The notes beneath the pieces were generated by a model. It had not been told where the DNA came from, did not search any database, and was given only the letters and a program-made list of their open reading frames with translations. Of a DNA stretch of 64,000 nt, positions 48,184 through 61,765 are shown one piece after another; the first letter of the stretch is position 1, and each line of letters begins with the position of its first letter. The position numbers and the translations under genes are program-made. The stretch is from contig JAOGAX010000003.1 in assembly GCA_028144365.1 (NCBI GenBank), forward strand, positions 2,861 through 66,860, in the 5' to 3' direction. The DNA is from Aquiluna sp. (GTDB lineage: Bacteria; Actinomycetota; Actinomycetes; Actinomycetales; Microbacteriaceae).

Positions 48184-49887
48184 ATGCGCTTTTGGCTTGC
48201 CCTTGTCCTATTCGTAGGCGGATTGGCAGCGGGCAGTGTCGGGGTCGTAAACCAAGTTGAAAACACCCCAATAGACACCATCATCGCTTCCCAGGAGCTT
48301 GACCAGCCCACCACCTTCGTGATGATCCCAAACAAGCTCCTCACCGCATACAGCGCTAGCCCAAAGATCACTGTTAGAGGCGGAGAGATATTTGTCGCGA
48401 CGGGGCGCCAGAGCGACATCGAGGCCTGGCTTGAGGGAAGCCCATACGTTGAGCTAAGGCTAAGTATCGACGTTGCGCGGGAGACTGCGGAGCTTGCAGA
48501 GGTCTTGGTGGCAGGCAGTGGGAACCTCACGGACCCCAATGGCTCAGACATTTGGAAGCAAGAAATCAACGGTCGCTCACAGGTCACGCTCAATTTGGAG
48601 CAGGACAACCAGAGTGCAATCTTGGTGGCCTCAAACGGGCTGGAACTTGCCCCCAGAAGCATCGCGATTGAATGGGACATTGCAGACGAAGAGGTCGAAA
48701 TACCGCCAATTACCTATGTTGGCGTTGGGCTGATGGCCCTCGGATCAATCGCTGGGCTCTGGGCTGCTATTGGCTTTGCCAACAAGTACCGCTCATCTAG
48801 ACGTCGAGGCCCAAAGCCTCCGAGGCGAAGAAGTCCAAGGAGGGCCGTATCCCAGGCTGGAGCCGGCCCAAGGCGCGGCAGAAGAGCCATGCGGCCAAAT
48901 GCCTTTATCGCAATTGGCCTTAGCACTGCGCTGCTTAGTGGCTGCGTGGCGGAGTATGAGAACCCAGTTCTTTCTCCCAGCCCACTTTCGAGTCCAGAAA
49001 TTCTCACCCCAGCACTGACCCGGGACCAGGTGAGCGAGATACTCTTCGAAATCGCTGAGGTGGTGAGGGTTGCGGACGAGAACAACGATCGCGAGTCCTT
49101 GGAGACTAGGGTCACCGGCCCAGCACTTGAGATGAGGCGCTTTGCCTACAACTTAATCTCTCGACTTGACCAGGAGGAGAGCACTCTGGAGCCCCTGATG
49201 GCTGGCCCGATTCAGCTCTTCCTGCCTCCCGCCACGGACAGCTGGCCTCGCAACGTGATGGTGGTAACAGGTGAAGAGCAGCTTCAGATGCTGGTGCTCA
49301 GACAAGAGACCGTTAGAGACCAATACAAGCTCTTTCAATACATGTCGCTTTTGCCCGGAGCCGACTTCCCGGATGTGGCGTCAGAGCTCACGGGCGCGAG
49401 CTCGCTAAACCCGGACAACAAGTTCTTGCTCGTTTCGCCTCGGCTGCTCGGGGAGGCAGTCGGTGATCTACTCAACAACGGTGCGGATTCTTTGTGGGTA
49501 GACATCGTTGATCCAAACAATGACTACATCAAGGACGTTGCATCTGTTCAGCGCGGTCTGGCCGAGACTCTCAGCAACGCAAACCTGGACTTCCAGCATG
49601 AGCAGACAGAAGACCCAATGGTCTTACTTTCATCCCTTGATGGCGGAGCTCTTGTTGGTATCTACATGATTGATACCTACACAATCATCCCGAAGGAGCC
49701 CGGCGATGCAGTTGCCATAGCGGGTGACGAGGCCGTGTTGCTTGGAACCAGCGGTTCTGCAACTGGCATAGAAACTCGCTACGGCGCGATGCTGCTGTTC
49801 CACATCCCAGTCACAGGTGGCGATGCTCAGGTGAGATTGCTTGGGGCAACGCAGCAGCTTCTGACCGCGGTAGCCTTGGGGTCGTAA
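48184..49887 (+). CDS. Hypothetical membrane protein with internal lipoprotein-like signal
   Basis: N-terminal signal/TM, second TM, Arg-rich linker, then MRPNAFIAIGLSTALLSGC. Confidence 0.75.
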   Translation: MRFWLALVLFVGGLAAGSVGVVNQVENTPIDTIIASQELDQPTTFVMIPNKLLTAYSASPKITVRGGEIFVATGRQSDIEAWLEGSPYVELRLSIDVARETAELAEVLVAGSGNLTDPNGSDIWKQEINGRSQVTLNLEQDNQSAILVASNGLELAPRSIAIEWDIADEEVEIPPITYVGVGLMALGSIAGLWAAIGFANKYRSSRRRGPKPPRRRSPRRAVSQAGAGPRRGRRAMRPNAFIAIGLSTALLSGCVAEYENPVLSPSPLSSPEILTPALTRDQVSEILFEIAEVVRVADENNDRESLETRVTGPALEMRRFAYNLISRLDQEESTLEPLMAGPIQLFLPPATDSWPRNVMVVTGEEQLQMLVLRQETVRDQYKLFQYMSLLPGADFPDVASELTGASSLNPDNKFLLVSPRLLGEAVGDLLNNGADSLWVDIVDPNNDYIKDVASVQRGLAETLSNANLDFQHEQTEDPMVLLSSLDGGALVGIYMIDTYTIIPKEPGDAVAIAGDEAVLLGTSGSATGIETRYGAMLLFHIPVTGGDAQVRLLGATQQLLTAVALGS

Positions 49888-50735
49888 TGACTGAATTTGG
49901 TAACGCTTTTGACCTCTCCAAGCTCTCCGGGGAAGAGGGTGGAAACACCGTCAGCGCCTGGCTTGTAAGCGGCGACGAGCAAACTCTTCGCAGCTACCTA
50001 AAGCTCAGCGAACAGGTTCCCGTCCTGATGCTCATCAGTGACGACAGCGCAGACTCTGCTGCGGTGAAGACGCTGCTGACTAAGACCCTGGAGGCGAGCG
50101 AGGGTCGCTTCGCGGGTATCGAGATCAGCATGACCTCAGCACCCCAACTCGCTCAGGCAGTAGGCGTGTCCATGGCACCTGCGATGTTGGCAATACTCTC
50201 TGGACAGCCCGCACCGCTCTTCCAGGGCAACATCGCCCAGGAGCAGTTTCTTCAGGTGCTCTCTCAGGTGCTGCAGCTTGCCAAGCAAAACAACATCACC
50301 GGCACAGTAAAGCTGGGAGCAGAACCCGAAAAGGAATCCGAGCCCCAGAAACCGCTCAGTCCCGAACACCAAGAGGCCTTTGCCGCAATTGAGCGAGGAG
50401 ACTTTGCGGGAGCCAAGTCCAGCTACGAAAAGATTCTTGTTGAATACCCAAATGACCAGGAAGCCCATGCGGGTCTTGCGCAGGTAGAGCTCATGATTCG
50501 GCTGCAGGGCCGAGACCAAACTTCTGAGCTTGAGGCCGCGATGTTTGGCGCGGATCAGCTAATTGCCTCTAATAACGCAGAAGGCGCCTTCGAGCATCTT
50601 CTTGGCCTATTTGCAGAGCGAATCGATGATCGAGAAGCAATCAAGGAGAGACTGCTAAAGCTGTTTCTGATTCTCGGTAACGACCACCCTGCGGTGCTTC
50701 AAGCCCGCAGGCGCCTAGCTTCTTTGATGTTCTAG
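49887..50735 (+). CDS. Thioredoxin-like/TPR co-chaperone (YbbN/CnoX-like, no CxxC)
   Basis: Degenerate Trx domain (GQPAPLFQG), TPR helices and C-terminal ARRRLASLMF. Confidence 0.8.
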   Translation: MTEFGNAFDLSKLSGEEGGNTVSAWLVSGDEQTLRSYLKLSEQVPVLMLISDDSADSAAVKTLLTKTLEASEGRFAGIEISMTSAPQLAQAVGVSMAPAMLAILSGQPAPLFQGNIAQEQFLQVLSQVLQLAKQNNITGTVKLGAEPEKESEPQKPLSPEHQEAFAAIERGDFAGAKSSYEKILVEYPNDQEAHAGLAQVELMIRLQGRDQTSELEAAMFGADQLIASNNAEGAFEHLLGLFAERIDDREAIKERLLKLFLILGNDHPAVLQARRRLASLMF

Positions 50736-52885
50736 ATCTTCTGAAGCACCAGTGCGCCAAGAGGCGGAACATTCAGCACCAAAGACTGCGCGCTGCCGTG
50801 AGACTGGATGTCGCTGGTAGAAATCTTCCCAAGGTTTCCCTGTCCGGAGCCCCCATAAACCTCGGCATCGGTGTTGAGTAGCTCTCGATACTCTCCTGGC
50901 TGGTCAACACCCAGCACAACATCGTGATGTGGGTTACCAGCAAAGTTGACCACGATCACGAGCTGCTTTCCGGCAGAGTCCTCGCGAATAAAGCTCAGCA
51001 GGTTTCTATTGGCATCGCCGCCATCAATCCAGCGGAAGCCTGATGGTTCATGGTCTAGCTCCCAGAGGGCGCTGTGGGCTTGGTAAAGAGCATTGAGGTC
51101 TGCAACGAGCTGCTGAATGCCGCGGTGAGGGGCATGGTCAGTGAGCCACCAGTCAAGCTCTCTGGATTCGCTCCACTCCGAGGGCTGAGCGAATTCCTGC
51201 CCCATAAACAAAAGCTTCTTGCCGGGGTGGGTCCACATAAACGCTAGATACGCCCTCATGTTCGCAAGTTTCTGCCAGTGATCACCAGGCATCTTTGCCA
51301 GAAGCGAACCCTTGCCGTGAACCACCTCGTCGTGGCTAATTGGCAGTACAAATTTCTCGTCGTAGGCATAGAGCATGGAGAAGGTAATCTCGCCATGGTG
51401 GTGAGAGCGATACATCGGGTCGCGCTCAATGAACTGCAGCGAATCGTGCATCCAACCCATGTTCCACTTAAATCCAAAACCTAGGCCGCCGGTGTCGGTG
51501 GGGGAGCTGACCCCTGCAAATGCGGTGGATTCCTCGGCAATCATCATGATTCCTGGGTTTCTGCGGTAAGCGGTTGCGTTCGTCTCCTGGAGGAACTGAA
51601 TCGCGTCGAGGTTCTCTCTGCCGCCATAAACATTAGGTAGCCACTGACCATCCTCGCGGGAGTAGTCCAGATAGAGCATCGACGCCACTGCATCTACTCG
51701 GAGGCCATCGATGTGGAACTCCTCAAGCCAGTAAAGCGCGTTTGCCACCAGGAAGTTCTTGACCTCGGTGCGACCAAAGTTGAATACGTGGGTACCCCAA
51801 TCAGGGTGGTCACCCCTGCGAGGGTCAGCGTCCTCATAGAGCGGTTCGCCATCAAACCTGGCCAGTGCCCAGTCGTCCTTGGGGAAGTGAGCTGGCACCC
51901 AGTCCATGATCACGCCAATTCCAGCCTGGTGCAGCTGATCAACTAGATACCTAAAGTCATCAGGGGAGCCATAGCGAGAAGTTGGCGCAAAGTACCCGGT
52001 CACCTGGTAGCCCCAGCTTCCACCAAAGGGGTGTTCTGCAAGTGGCATGAACTCAACGTGAGTAAATCCCAGGTACTTCACGTGCCCAATGAGCTCAGGA
52101 GCCAGGTCCCGGTAGTTCTTCGCACCTCTCCAGGAGCCCAGGTGAAGCTCATAGGTGGACATCGGTGAGCGAAGCGCATCGCGCTTTTCCCTGGCCTTGA
52201 GCCACTTTGAATCCCCCCAGGTGTAGCTCGAAGTCTCGACAATCGAGGATGTGGCAGGCGGAATCTCAAAGCTGCGGGCCATCGGGTCGATCTTGGTAAT
52301 CCAGTTGCCGTGGCGAGTTCTGATTTGATACTTGTAGAGCGTTCCTGGACCAAGCTCCGGCACAAAGAGTTCCCAGATGCCACTTGATCCCAGCGAGCGC
52401 ATGGCATGCGCAGTGCCGTCCCAGGAGTTGAAGTCGCCAACCACTCTGACAGCGGAGGCGTTCGGTGCCCAAACCTTGAAGCTAACTCCACTGATCTTTC
52501 CCAGGGAGTCCTTGGTTTCGAGGACGTGAGACCCCAGTACCTTCCACAGCTCTTCGTGACGCCCTTCTGCGATGAGGTGCAGATCTAGCTCGCCAATCAT
52601 TGGCAGGAAGCTGTAGGAGTCGGCGGTGTCCCAGGTTGCCTCCTCATACTCAGTCATTAGCCGATAGTCGAAGGTCTTGGTCTTTCCTCGTGCCTCCCAG
52701 ACACCGGCGTGCACGTGTTCAAGGGGGATTTTCTTGGTTTTGGCCTTTGCTACCACAGATTTGGCAAGTGGTCTTAGTGCCCTCAGCACCCAACCCTTGC
52801 CCTCAGGGTGGAGTCCAAGGTAGTCGTGCGGCGAGTGGTGAGAACCGTGGGCAAGCTGCTCGTAAGTTGCCTCATCCAACCTCAT
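50732..52885 (-). CDS. glgB: 1,4-alpha-glucan branching enzyme
   Basis: VWAPNA, YELHLGSW, SWGYQ, DGLRVDAVASM and AEEST; ATG 52885 is in an ATGA overlap with glgE. Confidence 0.96.
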   Translation of the reverse strand: MRLDEATYEQLAHGSHHSPHDYLGLHPEGKGWVLRALRPLAKSVVAKAKTKKIPLEHVHAGVWEARGKTKTFDYRLMTEYEEATWDTADSYSFLPMIGELDLHLIAEGRHEELWKVLGSHVLETKDSLGKISGVSFKVWAPNASAVRVVGDFNSWDGTAHAMRSLGSSGIWELFVPELGPGTLYKYQIRTRHGNWITKIDPMARSFEIPPATSSIVETSSYTWGDSKWLKAREKRDALRSPMSTYELHLGSWRGAKNYRDLAPELIGHVKYLGFTHVEFMPLAEHPFGGSWGYQVTGYFAPTSRYGSPDDFRYLVDQLHQAGIGVIMDWVPAHFPKDDWALARFDGEPLYEDADPRRGDHPDWGTHVFNFGRTEVKNFLVANALYWLEEFHIDGLRVDAVASMLYLDYSREDGQWLPNVYGGRENLDAIQFLQETNATAYRRNPGIMMIAEESTAFAGVSSPTDTGGLGFGFKWNMGWMHDSLQFIERDPMYRSHHHGEITFSMLYAYDEKFVLPISHDEVVHGKGSLLAKMPGDHWQKLANMRAYLAFMWTHPGKKLLFMGQEFAQPSEWSESRELDWWLTDHAPHRGIQQLVADLNALYQAHSALWELDHEPSGFRWIDGGDANRNLLSFIREDSAGKQLVIVVNFAGNPHHDVVLGVDQPGEYRELLNTDAEVYGGSGQGNLGKISTSDIQSHGSAQSLVLNVPPLGALVLQKI

Positions 52886-54864
52886 CGAATGACCCTGAGG
52901 ATGTGTGCCGGTTCGCCGAAGGCATCCAGGCGAACGAAGTTGTGCTCGCCCCATGTGAACTTCTTGCCGGTGATTAGGTCCTCGACCTCAAAGCTGTGGG
53001 GAAGCTCTAAGGCCTGCATATCAAGATGCACCATGGTCTCCCTCACGGAGTGCGGATCGGTGTTCACCACCACAATCACCGTGTTGTCCTTGCCACCGTT
53101 GAACTCGGGCGCAAGCCGCTTGGCATAGACCAGAATCTGCTCATCATCGCTGTAGTGGTTGGTGATATTGCGCAGTTGACCAAGAGCCGGGTTTTCCCTG
53201 CGGAGCTTATTGAGCAGCCTGATTCTTGGGGCCAGGCTAACGCCTCTGTCCTCGCTACCTACAAAGTCCCTGGCCTTGTATTCATACTTCTCGTTATCAA
53301 TGTTCTCTTCACTACCGGCGCGAGCTACGGCCTCATAGAGCTCAAATCCTGCGTACATTCCCCAGCTCGGTCCCGCGGTCGCAGCTATCGTTGCCCTGAT
53401 CTTGAAGGCCGGACGTCCACCAAACTGCAGGTATTCGGTGAGGATGTCTGGGGTGTTAACCCAGAAACTGGGTCTAAAGAAGTCGGCCGATTCCTGTGCC
53501 AGCTCATTTAGGTAGGAGGTGAGCTCTGCCTTGGTGTTTCGCCAGGAGAAGTAGCAGTAGGACTGCTGGAAGCCGATTTTCCCGAGAGTGTGCATCATGG
53601 CTGGTCGCGTGAAGGCCTCGGCTAGGAAGATGACCTCGGGATGTTTCTGATTCACCTCAGCAATCAGCTGCTGCCAAAACTCGACGGTTTTGGTGTGAGG
53701 ATTATCGACCCTAAAGATCTTCACTCCCAGCGAGATCCACTTTTCTAGAACTCTGAGCACCTCGGCGTGAATACCTACGGGGTCGTTATCAAAGTTGATG
53801 GGGTAGATGTCCTGATACTTCTTTGGAGGGTTCTCCGCATAGGCGATGGTGCCATCGGCCCTGGTGGTGAACCACTGCGGGTTTGATTTCACCCAGGGGT
53901 GATCGGGCGAGGCCTGCAGAGCCAGGTCCATGGCAATCTCAATACCTAGCTTGTTTGCCGCTTTCACGAAGGCGGCAAAGTCCTTCTCAGTTCCTAGGTC
54001 TGGGTGGATGGCGTCATGGCCACCCTCTTTGCCTCCGATAGCCCAGGGAGATCCGGGGTCGCCCTTTTCGGCAGCGAGAGTGTTGTTCTTACCCTTGCGG
54101 TGAGAGGTGCCAATCGGGTGAATCGGCGGCAAGTAGAGAACGTCAAAGCCCATGTCGCTAACCCGCTGCAGGCTCTTGGTTGCGCTTTTAAAGGTCCCGG
54201 ACACCCAGCTACCATCGCGGTTTTGCTTGGCGCCCTCTGATCTTGGAAAGAACTCATACCAGCTGCCGCTTCCGGCAAGCTTGCGCTCGCAATTGATGCT
54301 CACGGCCTCCGAGAGGGTCTCTCGCTCCCTTAGCGGGTGCTTTGCAGCCAACTCGTTCATTCCGCTGGCGATGACCTTTTCAAACTTCTCAGCGGGGGAG
54401 AGCTTTTTGTCATCAAGAATCTTTAGGGACGCCTCGAACTTTGCAGCTATCGTCTTGGCCTTGCCGCTAGAAATCCTCTCGAGAAGCCTCTTGCCCTCAA
54501 GGATCATCAGCTCCTGGTCGACCTGGGCAGCCAGCTTGACTGAGGTGGCATGGACCCAAGAGCCATACTCATCGTCCCAGGCTGAGACTTGGTAGCCGTA
54601 GCTGCCAACCTCAGTTAGCTGCAGACGCGTGACCCACTGATCCAATCCAGGCTGCCCTGGGAGCATTGGGTGGCGGGTGGTCTTGCCGCTGGGGGAGGTT
54701 AGAACCAGTTCAACAGCGAGTTTGTCGTGGCCCTCGCGAAAGGCTGTGGCCCCGAAGTCAATTACTTCACCCTCAAAGGCTTTGACTGGGAACTTTCCGC
54801 CGTCAACGACCGGCCAGGTTTCGACTATCGGAAAGCGTCCGACCGGGTATTCAGCTTTATCCAC
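52882..54864 (-). CDS. glgE: Maltosyltransferase GlgE
   Basis: WYEFFPRS, YAENPPKKYQDIYP, FRVDNPHTK and FLAEAFT motifs. Confidence 0.96.
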   Translation of the reverse strand: MDKAEYPVGRFPIVETWPVVDGGKFPVKAFEGEVIDFGATAFREGHDKLAVELVLTSPSGKTTRHPMLPGQPGLDQWVTRLQLTEVGSYGYQVSAWDDEYGSWVHATSVKLAAQVDQELMILEGKRLLERISSGKAKTIAAKFEASLKILDDKKLSPAEKFEKVIASGMNELAAKHPLRERETLSEAVSINCERKLAGSGSWYEFFPRSEGAKQNRDGSWVSGTFKSATKSLQRVSDMGFDVLYLPPIHPIGTSHRKGKNNTLAAEKGDPGSPWAIGGKEGGHDAIHPDLGTEKDFAAFVKAANKLGIEIAMDLALQASPDHPWVKSNPQWFTTRADGTIAYAENPPKKYQDIYPINFDNDPVGIHAEVLRVLEKWISLGVKIFRVDNPHTKTVEFWQQLIAEVNQKHPEVIFLAEAFTRPAMMHTLGKIGFQQSYCYFSWRNTKAELTSYLNELAQESADFFRPSFWVNTPDILTEYLQFGGRPAFKIRATIAATAGPSWGMYAGFELYEAVARAGSEENIDNEKYEYKARDFVGSEDRGVSLAPRIRLLNKLRRENPALGQLRNITNHYSDDEQILVYAKRLAPEFNGGKDNTVIVVVNTDPHSVRETMVHLDMQALELPHSFEVEDLITGKKFTWGEHNFVRLDAFGEPAHILRVIR

Positions 54865-54916
54865 ACGCCCAATTTACTAAGGCCACCCTAGATAACCCAA
54901 CTAAAAGCTTCAGGGT

Positions 54917-56965
54917 CTAAAGAACGCGGAAGAGTTGAATGCTGGTTTCCACCATTCTCAACTTGGCTCCCGGCGTTAGAACCAGCTCCCGCTCGGGAGG
55001 CAGCTCGAGGGCAGAATCCCATAGCAATTCGAAGCCCTTTGCGCCTTCGGGCTTTGGAAGCGAGACGTTCTTGATGGCTTCGGTGCCGTTCACAACCAGA
55101 AGCACACCCTGCTTGCTGCCGTTATTCATGAGGTGATAGGTGAGCCGCTGTATGGTTCTTCGCTCCGGGTTGTGCCAGTCCTCAATGCTCATCTCATCGC
55201 CGCGACCTGAGAACCAGAGCATTTGGTCGTGCTCCGGCGTCGGCTCATCGAGCTTTACGAAGCTCCTGGGCCGAAGCGCTGGCAGCTGCTTACGCAGCGC
55301 GATTAGGTGCGAGACGGTCTTCTGAAAACTAATCCGATGCCCGTCTGGATCCCAGTTCTGCCAGGTGATCACGTTGTCTTGGCAGTAGGCGTTGTTGTTA
55401 CCGCTTTGGGTTTTCAGTCTTTCGTCGCCCGCAGTAATCATGGGAACACCCGCAGACAGAAGCAGTGTGCCGATGAGATTTCTTGCGGCCTTGCGACGAG
55501 CGAAGTTCACCGAGCTGTTTGAAGTCTCACCCTCGTGTCCGTGATTGAAGCTGAGGTTGTTGTTGCCACCATCGCGATTGCCCTCGCCGTTCGCCGAGTT
55601 CTGCTTGACGTTGTAGGAAACAAGGTCCCAGAGCGTGAAGCCATCGTGGGCCGTGATGAAGTTGATGGTGCCAAGGGGAGAGCCTTCGCTCACCACGTCC
55701 TGTGAACCGGAGATTCTGCTTGCCATCTCCTGCACTCCGTTGTGGTGATTGCCGGAGCTGCGGTAGGACGCAACGTCCTGAAGCCAAAACTTTCTTACGG
55801 AGTCTCTAAACCTGTCGTTCCACTCTGGGAAACCAGGTGGGAAGTTTCCGGTCTGCCAGCCGCCCATGCCAACATCCCAGGGTTCGACGATGAGCTTTGC
55901 CGAACTGATAACAGGGTCCTCCTGCATGGCAGTAAGGACCTCGTGGCGAGGGTTGAAGTGATTGCTCTCGTCTCTTGCCAGGGTGGCGGCAAGGTCAAAG
56001 CGGAAGCCATCGATCTTGAGCTCTTCCACCCAGTAGCGGAGGCTATCGAGCATGAGCCGCTGCACCATTGGCTGGCCGAAGTTGAGCGAGTTTCCACAAC
56101 CGGTGGTGTCTTGATAGTTCCCCTGGTCGTCCTGGCGGTAGTAGCTCGAGTTATCTAGTCCGCGGTAGGAGTAGGTGAGACCCTTGTGTCCGCCCTCGGC
56201 TGTGTGGTTGTAGACAACATCCAGGATCACCTCAATACCTGCCCGGTGAAGCTCTCTAATTGCACTCTTTAGCTCCAAGAGCATCGCCTCAGGACCCTTA
56301 GCCCGCTTGGCCTCTGATGCGTAGCGCATGTGCGGGGTGAAGAAGTTGATGGTGTTGTAGCCCCAGTAGTTGATAAGACCGAGATTTACGAGCCTGGGCT
56401 CTGAGATAAACGCCTGTATGGGAAGTAGCTCCACCGCGGTGATGCCCAAAGCGGTTAGGTGATCAATTGTTGCCGGGTGACCCAGTGCGGCGTAGGAGCC
56501 ACGAATATCCTCGGGGATAGCCGGGTTTACCCGAGACAGGCCCCGAACGTGGGCCTCATAGATGATGCTCTCACCCAGAGCTGTCTGAGGCTTCTCCACA
56601 CTCTCCCAGTCGAAGCTGGTGTCGATAGCCACGCAGTGGTAGTCCTTGGGGCTCTCGCGCACCAGACCCCTGGCATAGGGGTCAAGCAGGTTTCGCTCTG
56701 GGTTGAAGGCGTGCCTTGGTCCCTCGGGACCCTCGGCTCGAAGGACATACTTGATGCCTCGCTGCAGTCGGTCATCCCCTGCAGTCCAAATGCCACCATC
56801 AGATTGTTCGAGATTTATCTCGTGGAGGGTCTTGGAGGTGTCCTCGGGATCGAGAATGTGAAGCTTTACGGCGCTCGCGGTATCTGACCAGACCCCGAAG
56901 ACGCCACCGCCATCGAGCAGATTCATGCCCAGGGGTGCGAGGTCTTGTGATTTTTGCGCCAACAT
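54917..56965 (-). CDS. glgX: Glycogen debranching enzyme
   Basis: NYWGYN, DVVYNHTAEG, DGFRFDLA, EPWD and AHDGFTL motifs. Confidence 0.95.
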   Translation of the reverse strand: MLAQKSQDLAPLGMNLLDGGGVFGVWSDTASAVKLHILDPEDTSKTLHEINLEQSDGGIWTAGDDRLQRGIKYVLRAEGPEGPRHAFNPERNLLDPYARGLVRESPKDYHCVAIDTSFDWESVEKPQTALGESIIYEAHVRGLSRVNPAIPEDIRGSYAALGHPATIDHLTALGITAVELLPIQAFISEPRLVNLGLINYWGYNTINFFTPHMRYASEAKRAKGPEAMLLELKSAIRELHRAGIEVILDVVYNHTAEGGHKGLTYSYRGLDNSSYYRQDDQGNYQDTTGCGNSLNFGQPMVQRLMLDSLRYWVEELKIDGFRFDLAATLARDESNHFNPRHEVLTAMQEDPVISSAKLIVEPWDVGMGGWQTGNFPPGFPEWNDRFRDSVRKFWLQDVASYRSSGNHHNGVQEMASRISGSQDVVSEGSPLGTINFITAHDGFTLWDLVSYNVKQNSANGEGNRDGGNNNLSFNHGHEGETSNSSVNFARRKAARNLIGTLLLSAGVPMITAGDERLKTQSGNNNAYCQDNVITWQNWDPDGHRISFQKTVSHLIALRKQLPALRPRSFVKLDEPTPEHDQMLWFSGRGDEMSIEDWHNPERRTIQRLTYHLMNNGSKQGVLLVVNGTEAIKNVSLPKPEGAKGFELLWDSALELPPERELVLTPGAKLRMVETSIQLFRVL

Positions 56966-57028
56966 ACTGCCTTTTCAACAAAGGCTATAGGTCTTTGCTT
57001 TCCTAAACGCTCAAATACACTGGTTGGC

Positions 57029-58210
57029 ATGCCCGTGTTCTTAGATCATGCCGCCACGACGCCCTGCAGGCCGGCTGCGGTGCAGGCGTTAAATGGCGCC
57101 CTGGAGCAGCTTGGCAACCCCTCATCAGTTCACGGGCACGGCCAAAATACCCGAGCAATTCTTGAAGACGCCAGAGACCAGGTCGCTCATGCTGTGGGGG
57201 CCAACCGCAGCGAGATCGTCTTCACCTCGGGCGGCACCGAGGCAAACAACCAGGCCATCAAGGGCATCTACTGGGCTCAAAACCGCAAGAACAAGGCCCG
57301 CAAGGTCATTGTTACCGCAGCCACCGAGCACCACGCACTGCTTGACCCAATCGACTGGCTGGTAGAGCACGAGGGCGCCGAGGTCATAAATGTCGCGGTT
57401 GGTAGCAGCGGCATGTTGGATCTGGAGGACCTGGAGCAGATCTTGTCATCAAGGAGCGAGGAAATCGCTCTTGTGAGCCTGATGTGGGTAAACAACGAGA
57501 CCGGGGTCATCACCGATATCGTCCGGGTAACCGAGCTTGCCAAGCGCTATGGCATTCCTGTTCACAGCGATGCAATCGCTGCCATAGGTCATGTGCCAGT
57601 GGACTTTGCAGAATCTGGGCTTACAGCAATGAGCATCTCTGGGCACAAGGTTGGAGCTCCAATTGGCGTTGGAGCCTTGGTGGTGGCAAGAGACTTCTCC
57701 CCGGTGAGCCTGCTGCATGGCGGCGGCCAAGAGCGCGGTCTTAGGTCTGGAACCATGAATTACCCACTGGCTACCTCCCTTGGCGCAGCCTGCCAAGAGG
57801 CAGTTTCGGACCGGGTCGAGCGGCAATCTCGCCTAAAACAGCTGCGAGACCTCATTGAGACCGAGATTGTCAGGGCTATACCTAGCGCAGTGGTTACCGC
57901 CCGCGACACTGACCGCGTGGATCACAACGCCCACCTGATTTTTCCTGGAACCCAGAGCGACAATCTGCTTTTTTTGCTAGACCAAGAGGGAGTTAGCGTC
58001 TCGGCGGGTAGCGCCTGTCAGGCAGGGGTGTTGGGGGCCTCTCACGTGCTGGTTGCGATGGGTCACCCCGAGGAGCTGGCTTCGGCCTGTTTGAGGATTA
58101 CTCTCGGACACACCACCACAGCATCCGATGCCGAGCGCTTCATCGAGGCAATCATCAAGATTCACCCAGGGGCGCTGGTGGCTTCCCAGAGCACCCAGAG
58201 CGCAAATTAG
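57029..58210 (+). CDS. Cysteine desulfurase (IscS/NifS-like, linked to mnmA)
   Basis: FLDHAATTP, FTSGGTE, SGHKVG and SAGSAC; ATG 57029 follows a TACACT -10. Confidence 0.93.
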   Translation: MPVFLDHAATTPCRPAAVQALNGALEQLGNPSSVHGHGQNTRAILEDARDQVAHAVGANRSEIVFTSGGTEANNQAIKGIYWAQNRKNKARKVIVTAATEHHALLDPIDWLVEHEGAEVINVAVGSSGMLDLEDLEQILSSRSEEIALVSLMWVNNETGVITDIVRVTELAKRYGIPVHSDAIAAIGHVPVDFAESGLTAMSISGHKVGAPIGVGALVVARDFSPVSLLHGGGQERGLRSGTMNYPLATSLGAACQEAVSDRVERQSRLKQLRDLIETEIVRAIPSAVVTARDTDRVDHNAHLIFPGTQSDNLLFLLDQEGVSVSAGSACQAGVLGASHVLVAMGHPEELASACLRITLGHTTTASDAERFIEAIIKIHPGALVASQSTQSAN

Positions 58211-58219
58211 ACTTATCGG

Positions 58220-61421
<3,202 letters not shown>

Positions 61422-61465
61422 ACTTGGTATTTTGACAACGAAAAAACTAAGAATTGAGTCCGGCC

Positions 61466-61762
61466 ATGTCCGAAATCACTCCTGATCTTGTGCGGCACCT
61501 CGCATCGCTCTCTCGAATCCTGGTTACCGACGACGAGGTCGAGAAGCTAGCGGGAGAGCTTGGTGTGATCGTTGACTCGGTTGCCACCGTCAACAAGGCC
61601 GTGAGCGGCGATGTTGTGCCAACCAGCCACCCAATCCCAATGAGCAATGTATTTCGCGAGGATGAGGTTGCTCCATCCCTGACGCAGGAGCAGGCTCTTT
61701 CTGGTGCGGCAGACAGCGCCGAGGGCCGTTTCAAGGTAGCCGCAATTTTGGACGAGGACTAA
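61466..61762 (+). CDS. gatC: Asp/Glu-tRNA amidotransferase subunit C
   Basis: VRHLASLSRI and NVFREDE; precedes gatA. Confidence 0.95.
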   Translation: MSEITPDLVRHLASLSRILVTDDEVEKLAGELGVIVDSVATVNKAVSGDVVPTSHPIPMSNVFREDEVAPSLTQEQALSGAADSAEGRFKVAAILDED

Positions 61763-61765
61763 ACC

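Noticed and set aside
54857-54865. Second perfect DnaA box overlapping the glgE start codon
   Set aside because: Explained by the codons GTG GAT AAA. About 0.5 chance hits of a 9-mer are expected in 64 kb on two strands, and there is no box cluster, so not an origin.
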